Shown one piece after another: positions 55,539 through 64,000 of a stretch of DNA of 64,000 nucleotides. The notes beneath the pieces are model-generated. The model was not told where the DNA came from and searched no databases. It was given only the letters and a program-made list of their open reading frames with translations. Both the position numbers and the translations under genes were made by a program. Every line of letters begins with the position of its first letter. Within the stretch, counting starts at the first letter, position 1. Origin of the DNA: Octopus sinensis (lineage: Eukaryota); the NCBI RefSeq assembly GCF_006345805.1, contig NC_043014.1:53940001-54004000 (forward strand), written 5' to 3'.

Positions 55539-55944
55539 AGGCGCAGGAGTGGCTGTGTGGTAAGTAGCTTGTTAACCAACCACATGGTTCCGGGTTCAGT
55601 CCCACTGCGTGGCACCTTGGGCAAGTGTCTTCTGCTATAGCCTCGGGCCGACCAAAGCCTTGTGAGTGGATTTGGTAGACGGAAACTGAAAGAAGCCCGT
55701 CGTATATATGTATATATGTGTGTGTGTGTTTGTGTGTCTGTGTTTGTCCCCCTAGCATTGCTTGACAACCGATGCTGGTGTGTTTATGTCCCCGTCACTT
55801 AGCGGTTCGGCAAAAGAGACCAATAGAATAAGTACTGGGCTTACAAAAAGAATAAGTCCCGGGGTCGAGTTGCTCGATTAAAGGTGGTGCTCCAGCATGG
55901 CCACAGTCAAATGACTGAAACAAGTAAAAGAGAGAGTAAAAGAG
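55539..55944 (+). mobile_element. SINE family A, full length
   Basis: Same head, body and tail as the other family A copies. Confidence 0.92.
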
Positions 55945-57300
55945 TATTGTCCCTGACACTGAAGCGTGGCATGGGCAGTAGTTAAGGGTGTCACAAATTT
56001 TTTTTTATTTAGATGACACAGCAAAAAACATCTGAGTCCCAATTTCAAAGTGATAAAATGGCAGAAAAGGAGAGAATCAGTGAGAAAACCTGAAGATTAT
56101 TGACTGGAGATTAAAAGTTCATTGTAGGTGAGTTGTGTACCTGGAGCATGGGGAGGTTAGGGTGGGCATTGAAACACTGGAAACTAGTATCCTAGGTGAC
56201 AAAGCGATCTGCTGGAAATAGCAGTCAAATTTCCCTTAAATTACACTCTCACATCACTTTAAAAGATGCAAAAACCACATTGGATGATAATATGCACAAC
56301 CTGAAGAATAAAAATTAGAAGAAAAAATACAAAATGGCCACAGCTTGAACATCTTTCATCATAGGTGTGTTGCATGGGGTAGGGTGGGGGAATGACAACA
56401 ACAACTACTACTATTACTACTACTAACAACAACAACAACAATAATACTGGTAAGAATTAGTTTTTGGAATTTCTTTTGATTTGAATATTAAATATATTAT
56501 TTGGTCTAACACACACAGAGAAAGAGAGAGGAACAGAGAGAAAGAGAGACAGGGAGAGAAAGAGAGATAGAGAAAGGCAGAAGAATAACATGTGTGTGTG
56601 TGTGTGTAAGGGCAGAGGATTATAATGTGTGTGTGTGTGTGTGTAATGTAAGGGCAGAGGGTTATATATATATATATATAGACACAAAGGAGTAAAGAGG
56701 TATTGTAAGTTTGGCAATGTTCCTTAGCAAATATTACCTGTCTGTGTTTTTCTTTGAAGAACATAGACAAACGAACAGATGTTGGGGGAGGGAGGGAGGG
56801 GGGAGCAGCTGCACCGAACTTATCTAATATGTATATCTGAGCAAAAAGCAGTGAAATCCTGTAGATGGATTAGGAGGGGGAGGGGAAAGGAGGAGGAGGA
56901 GGAGATGGAAGAATGCACACCACCACCACTACCACCACCACCACCATTATCATTTGAGGTAGTAATTGATAACCCAAACTCAGAACCGTAAGATCCAAAA
57001 TATGCAAAGATATACACAAACAGGCATCTACATAATTCTATCAACAGACACACACACACACACACACACACATATTCCTACAGAGAAGCAGGAAATGTTA
57101 CAAAACAATAAAAAAAAAGAAAAATGTTAGTCCCACACACACACACAGAGACAGACAGACAGACACACACACACACAAAACTGGATAAATTTAAAGGATG
57201 AAGATGGGAGAGCATACAGAATAATTAGATGCATACACACACACACACCCATGTACATGTGTGTGTGGGGGGGAGAAAGCAGGGGATACAAATATACAGC

Positions 57301-57340
<40 letters not shown>

Positions 57341-59258
57341 ATACACAGATGCATATGCAATATGCATACGTATAACCGAATGTGAGGAGACGGGAAGAAA
57401 ATGGTAAAAAGAAGAGAAGAGCAAAGCAGATGAGGAAATGGTGTGAAGAAGAAGAAGAAAACAAAAATGGAAATTAACAGAAGAAAAAGTTTTGAAGGGT
57501 GGATTGGGTAAGATGGTGGGGTGAACAAAAGTAGAAAGAAAGGGATATATATATATATATATATCATGCATATAATATTTAGATAGGCAGGCAGATAAAT
57601 AGATAGACAGACATAATTTGAAGTTTTGTGAATAGTTCCAAAAGACAATGGAATCGTACAAGAGACTGACGAAAGTGCCCCTGTTTCATCTCCACCCTGC
57701 TCCCCAGTCAATAACTAATAAGAATCCCAGAAGAGATGTAATTGGTTGAGGGGGGGGTATGAGGGACTAAGCCCCATTGCTTGTGGGAATGAGGAAAATG
57801 GGGGTTTCTTCTTGATCTTCTTTTATAACCCCTTTCCTATTTTCGAATGCCTTATAGCAGTATAAGTCGAATTTTATTTACCCCAGAAAGACGAAAAGAT
57901 AAAGCTGAGCTTCACGGGATTTGAACTCGTTATGTAAAGAGACCTGAACAACTTAACAAGTGCAGAGCCGTCTTAAGGCCCAAGCACACGGGACAGTTGG
58001 TAAGGGAAAGCCCATAGGTCAAACGGCCCAATTGTAATCTATGCATGTTGTGGTTAGCAGTCAATAAGTAAGTATTCAGGGCCCCAGAACATCGATTAAC
58101 TGAGCGGCCTTCAATGCAGCTGAGACTGCCCTCGCCTTGCACAGCGGGTTCTGTGTGACTCTCTAACAAGTCTATCAATCGAAAATACCAGTAATATGTA
58201 ATGTAATCAATGCAAATAATCTTGAAGCTGTGGTCTCTGAAATTGTTGGTCTTGTGCCAAGTGAAAAGAAATCGATGGAGAGAAAGAACGAAGGAAACCA
58301 AAAGCGGAAGAGAGAGAGAGAGAGTTGAAGCCATCTCATTATTCTGAATCTCGGTTAATGTAGTTGTTGCTTGCCCCTAAGTCGGAGCTGATCCAGCACG
58401 TTTATTATAACCAGAGACATTCCAACCTAGACCACCCCATCTGTGATTCGTTTTTTTTTTAAATATTTTATTTGCTTTTTTTTTTGTATGAACGGTGTGC
58501 GCCGGATTATGTTGTCCAGTCTTTCCATTTTTAAGACAGGAGCGGGGTGCGACTTGAGAAAGAGAGAGATTTCATTTGGTTACTATTTCTAATAAATCGA
58601 ACGACCACATATGGGTTTCCTCATTGGCTCGCCACGTCCCGGTTTCAATTCCCAGCAGACCCAGTTTCAAATCGCTAAAGCTTTTGAAAAAGACATAAAA
58701 ACCATACAACCTTCCCCTCTCTCCTTATAAACCTTGTTATGTACCACATATGAAATATGTATCAAACGGGAATGAGTTTATTAAGGCTTCGCAGGAGGAG
58801 GAAGGGGCGGAGATGTAGTTTTTTTTTAGGGTTTCCTCTGTTTAGTAACAAACATACTTGTCAGGCAGCTAAAATATCTCACAGCTAACATAAATCAAAA
58901 ACAGATTTCGGGGATTTTTCCCCGTACGACCAGGTGTCGTTTCGAAAAGTGAATTGCTCCGACGAAAATAGGAAAACTGTTTATAAGAATGAAGAAATAA
59001 AAAAGAATGGGAATTTGTAACGTTCATCCTTTCCCGAAATACTCACTAATTAATCCAGAGAACGGAATCTTTTTATTTCACACACGCACACATAATTCTA
59101 GCGATAATTAATATTTTATCATTTCTCTCCCTCAGAACAAACAGATATTAAAATATTGAATATTTCAGTGCTTCTGAAACAGCTCTGACTAATCCATGAA
59201 GACGATCCTGTGGTTTGTCTTACCACAGTTGGTCCGGATACACACACACACACAATAT

Positions 59259-59309
<51 letters not shown>

Positions 59310-59745
59310 ATTTCTTTTAAATTAGATATCGATTTCTTTTGATTAGACAAAAAGCTGATTTTCTTCATAACTACCGAATTACAGGTATTTTATGGAGGAA
59401 TGGAAAGCCAAGTGGACTCCAGCGGGAGTCGAACACCGAGATAAGACAAGACCAAAGGAGACGACAGTCCGGTCGTCTTCCATCTCGACTACCTCAACCG
59501 ATTTTTTAAAATTTATTCTTTTTTTTCTTTTTACATCATATATTATAATGACTCGGAGGGTTACAGAAGTAAAGAACAGGAAATTAAGAACAGCTTTAAT
59601 AATTGGGAGGTGGAGCAGGGGCAAGAGAATCCTATTTCTTTCTGTAATATTTTATAAAAAAGGGAGGCCGTGGTGTGGACATTGGCTGAAGAAGGAACAA
59701 GTGCTCTGTGGCTACTGTTTTAATGTTGCCAACAGGATAGCAGCT

Positions 59746-59785
<40 letters not shown>

Positions 59786-60026
59786 TCTGTGTGTATATAT
59801 TATGCATGCGTTGATTATATATAATCTCCATATAATTTGCTAAGGGTTTGGAAAGTGCATTCTGTTATTTGTTTATTATTCCAGGAGATCGTACACAGTA
59901 TCTGATGGGGTTGGTACTTGAAATCTTTAAATACACGGAATAACTGTATCCATGGTGTGTTTGGGCATGTAGAGACCGGTATCGCCAAGTAAAAATGGCA
60001 AAATTATATAAATACATTATATATAA

Positions 60027-60057
<31 letters not shown>

Positions 60058-62229
60058 AGCATGTATGTATAACGTCACTTGTTCCTCGGGGTCGAGTATG
60101 ATTGTCGACCAGATTTAACTTCTCTGGCCCCGCATGTGACTTATGTAGGCCAATATAATATTACTATATATTATAAGCAAAGGCATATCATTATGAGGAA
60201 TAGAAGTTTTGTTTGTAGCATGTGATATTACACATTGGTGAACAGCAAGAATTGACATCAGCCACCGTGGGAAATAAATTTATGTGTGTGTGAATGAGTG
60301 GATGTGTAAATTGCAGGGGAAGTTCTGTGTGTGTGTGTGTGTAACATAAATTAGATTGCATGGAATGAAATCGTTTTATAAATTATACAAGCCTCAAACA
60401 AACAACAAATACATAGCAAAACAAAATCCGTGCAGTCTGTAAAATGTGATGAGGGTGGGTGCTGAGTGGGGTGGAATACACTTTGAGAAAAGCATTGGAA
60501 TATAATTAAAACATTATTGAATTTAGACAGGTGCGCTACAGGAATACAGACACAAATACACCATATATATATATATATATAATATATATATATATGTATA
60601 TATATATATGTATATATGTGTGTGTGTGTATGTATGTAGCGCGGAAGTGTGTTCGGGACATTTGGACATCAAGTGTGTGAATTATCGATCAATGGGTCTG
60701 GCTGGATTGGAGAGGAAGTAGAAAGAGTAGAATCTATATTTGCAAGTCTAGTGACATGCAGACGAAACAGTGTCGGTCGAAGGACGAGGTGGTTAATTAG
60801 TTAAAGTAATAATTAGGGATAACAGATGGCAAAAGAGGAGATCGATCGAAAGATTGTCGACATACCAGCGTGGTTAAGTTTCTGATCAGGCTACAGACTG
60901 TCCGAGGGTCCCATTGGAAATGTGCAGCGACGGGAATAGAGGAAGAGATGAGAGAACTACACGATGTTCAGACCTACTGGTAGCACTCGGCTTTTTTGTT
61001 GTCACAGTTTGCATCGGAGACTCTGTACGGTTATCTACCCTTTAGCTTACACAATTCGACTACAGGTGGCAGCAGCAGTGAAGGTGTATATATATAACTG
61101 GACCTCACCCCCTCCCGCCACTTCTTCTTCTCTTCTGCTGAGGTTTGGTTATTTCTTCTTGTAGCGTGGGTTTAGCACCAGAATCCTGCTCTGCCATCGA
61201 ATCTCAATCACAACATATGAGTTAGTTGTTCATATTACAAGACGAGAGAATTTAGCTGATTAAAAAAAAGAAGCCATTTGTGTTGGGTCACTCTCCCGCC
61301 CCACCACCACCCACCCAAAACGAAGAACTCGGTAATGTTTTTACTTTCTTTTATTTTTCGCCCCTAATAAAAACTTCATGTTTTCATCCCTGGGATGATG
61401 GTAACTTAAGATACATGCTAATAATATGCTGACATAATTCATGCTACATTTTAGCCTTTCAGAAATTGACTTTTTACCTAAAAAGCCCAGTGCGTGCAGT
61501 AGACTCTCCCAAACGTACGTTAATTCGATTAATTAACATTATCGATGGAACTGAGCGTCAAAAGGGCCATGTTAGGGGTGTTTGAAGTCGAAAAATTACA
61601 AGCATGGGAGATAACTTCGTTAAGATCAGTCAATCGACATTTCTGTAAGATAAAGACGAGACAGTTGAACCTTTAAGTCAACTGGCGAAAGCAGCCAACA
61701 TGTTTCAGTCTTAGAACTCCACAGCGAATCGTATTCTACTCAGTTAAGAAGTTAGAGAGTAATCACTATAAATATAAATGGAAAGAATGTAATGGTGTTG
61801 TTCATAAATATCAACAAAATGGCTGCATAGAAAATATCTCAGGGCAACATTCTGTATTCTTGATGTAGAGGGTCTCGCATATGTAATATAGTGAGTTAAA
61901 AACCTTTGCTGGGATTACCCATGCAACTAGTAAGCAAAATTCCCTCAACTGATGCTTAAAGATCTAAAAAAAAAAAAAGCAAGGAATGGGGAGATAACTC
62001 CAAGAAAATCAGTCGACTGAAATTTTGGAGGAATAAAAATGTTGAAAGGTAGCAGTGGATTTTGTCTTTATAAGTAACTGGAGAAAAAGCCAGTAAGTTT
62101 TAGTTTTACCAGTGGTGGTAATGGTAAAAGAATGAATTAATTTAGTATTCAAATAATACATCTTAGAAAATGAATGGAATATATAAAGAAATAAAATAAG
62201 AGATCCTTATAAATAGAAGATAAGATTAA

Positions 62230-62470
62230 ATTAGAGTGAGGAAAATTGAGTTTTGACATGTTGAGTAAGGTCCTCTCAGCCAAAATGTCAACTCACCATT
62301 TTATAAAGAACTATTTGAATAAAAGACCAACACTAAAAGGTGAGGGCATAGAACGGGTAGAATATACCTTGGTGTATTATTGGAAGATTTCTTTATCATA
62401 CAAGCTCATTTCTTTATGTCCATGAATTATATCTTATTTTTTCCAAATTTTAATAGCTCTAGGTTTTTCT
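62230..62470 (+). mobile_element. Highly degraded non-LTR reverse transcriptase C-terminal fragment
   Basis: Frameshifted peptides LKGEGIERVE and YLGVLLED resemble the RT thumb motif 'IERV..FKYLGV.LD'; clade not assignable. Confidence 0.45.
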
Positions 62471-62647
62471 TCTCCTCCAACATAGACCTTCCAAACCATG
62501 ACCTCTCGCCACAGACACATGATTTTTTAAAATATATTTCTGAATGGTCATTTTGCCAGTTTAGCCAATAAAAACACACACACTATATATTTGGTGTTAT
62601 TTTGCTTCAGTGATATTTATTTTTTACATTAATCTTAATCTTATTTC

Positions 62648-62691
62648 GGCCAGAGTTCTTTCGTCACACTCCTGTGACCACATCAGTGGTC
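62648..62691 (-). ncRNA. Hammerhead-ribozyme-like motif of the PLE terminal repeat (degenerate core)
   Basis: Minus strand GACCA-CTGATGTG-GTCAC(aggagt)GTGAC-GAAAG-AA-CTC-TGGCC: stem I, 5-bp stem II and minimal stem III are present, but the core reads CUGAUGUG instead of CUGAUGA. Confidence 0.55.
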
Positions 62692-63224
62692 TTTTGTTTA
62701 CTTCTTCTTTCTTATTTGTGTCTCTCCTTACTAACCGTTAGCCATTTTGTATTTCTATTGTATGTCTTCATTTGCGCATGCTTATATCTCTATGTGCGTC
62801 TATGTTTATTTAGTGTGTGTGGGGTGGGGGGATGCCTGTAATATTTGTATCTTCTGTTTATATACATTCATGTAATTTGTTGTTGTTTTTCTTTATTCTT
62901 ATTTTGTTCATGTGTTTACATCCACTTATTATTATTATCATTACATATGCTTGTATGTATGTATAACAACAATACTAGTAATACTACTAATAATAATAAT
63001 AATAAATTTTTTTAAATTAAACAAAAAAAAACTTATATAGTTATTTATTTCTATTTGTTTATTTATCTGTATATTTTATTTATTATGTTTTCGGTTTTGT
63101 TTATATTGTAACCAGTTTATGGGGATCCTCTAATGTCATATGTTGTGGTGTGTGCTTGTCTTCCATTCCAGTTTCCTATTCAGGCTAGATTTATCTTCTA
63201 TTATGTGTGTAGTTCTCTAATTTA

Positions 63225-63485
63225 TCTGATTGTTGCATCTGTTCTATGTGTGGACAATATTTTAATTTCTATGTTGTTAATAATTCCCCCATGTTCCTGT
63301 TCGGCATGTTGGTACAGAATCGATGAGCTTTTACCTTCCTTGAGTTCTCTCCAATGTTCATTTACCCGCTCTCCTATGCTTCTTGCCGTTTCCCCTACGT
63401 AAGTCGTTGTCTTGTTACTGCATCGTCCCTCTTTACATCTTATACTATAGACAATATTTCTGGCTTTACTGAAACAGTGATGTGG
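63225..63485 (-). pseudogene. GIY-YIG endonuclease domain fragment of the PLE (missed by the ORF track for lack of a start codon)
   Basis: NIVYSI at 63458-63441 and YVGET at 63401-63387, in frame; bounded by TAA at 63486-63488 and 63222-63224. Confidence 0.85.
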
Positions 63486-64000
63486 TTATCCACCAATCCC
63501 CTTTCCTTTCATTTGTTTAGTTGGGACAATTACTGTTAAATTTGAATGGGTCCAACAAGGAGCAGGTATTCCAAGAATTAAATATTCAATAAGAATAAAT
63601 AATATATTCTCTTGGATTGGAAGTTTCCGCTCAAACCTTTCCCTTGAAACAAGAAAATTGAGAAGTAGTGAAGTTTGATTCACTATGTTCGTCTCATCAA
63701 GAAGTTGACAATGGCCAAGAATAAATAGGAAGATGCTGTGTTGGAGAGGATCCTTTCCAAGCTAGCATGGAAAAACAGAGGTATGATGATGATGATGGTA
63801 AACTTCTCTCATCAGTTACTCTGTTGCAATATTGTCCTTTCTTCCTTCTGGCAACTGAATGTGGCTCACCAGCCACCTTCACATCATCATCATCATTTAA
63901 CGTCGATTGTCCTTGCTGTCATGGGTTGAACATTTGACCGGGCTGGCATGTTGGAAGGCTGCACCAGACTCCTGTCGGATTTGGCATGGTTTTCTACGGC

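Larger units (their letters stand above)
62648..63720 (-). mobile_element. Penelope-like element (PLE) 3' remnant: GIY-YIG endonuclease pseudo-ORF plus terminal repeat with a hammerhead-like fold
   Basis: The stop-free frame 63485-63225 reads NIVYSIRCKEGRC...YVGETARSIGERVNEH...QHAEQEH...DATIR, i.e. a GIY-YIG with the PLE-type CCHH motif. A hammerhead-like motif lies about 530 nt downstream. The upstream part is interrupted by an RTE-tail repeat. Confidence 0.85.

Noticed and set aside
60746-60774. GTCT..AGAC-GAAAC..GTC, resembling the 3' half of a hammerhead
   Set aside because: No CUGANGA upstream and no convincing stem I.
61540-61870. Long, nearly open frame on + (MELSVKRAML...) with one internal stop
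   Set aside because: No recognisable homology or splice structure; may be degraded LINE sequence.

Overview
Eukaryotic, repeat-rich DNA, almost certainly a coleoid cephalopod (Octopus-like), inferred from its SINE and RTE repeat families and its microsatellite load. Two spliced, convergently transcribed genes for centrosomal coiled-coil proteins can be rebuilt from GT-AG sites. CEP152/Asterless is on + (exons 1854-12529; the first coding exon is probably upstream of the window and one junction is out of phase). CCDC102A-like is on - (7 coding exons, 44049-27335, 561 aa, all phases consistent). The rest is introns, a possible long 3'UTR and transposon remains. These include at least three tRNA-derived SINE families, RTE and CR1/L2 LINE fragments, an RTE-tailed non-autonomous element, a hAT MITE with a perfect 8-bp TSD, TTAA-flanked piggyBac-type MITEs, a mariner remnant, and a Penelope-like remnant with a GIY-YIG domain and a hammerhead-ribozyme-like fold. 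Almost all ORFs in the supplied track are artefacts of microsatellites, repeats or antisense frames. I cannot demonstrate a new biological system. The best leads are (i) two variant-core hammerhead-like motifs, one tied to the Penelope remnant, (ii) adjacency of CEP152 and CCDC102A, (iii) an in-frame uORF separated from the CCDC102A start by a single editable TGA, and (iv) an inverted SINE pair flanking CCDC102A exons 2-3.
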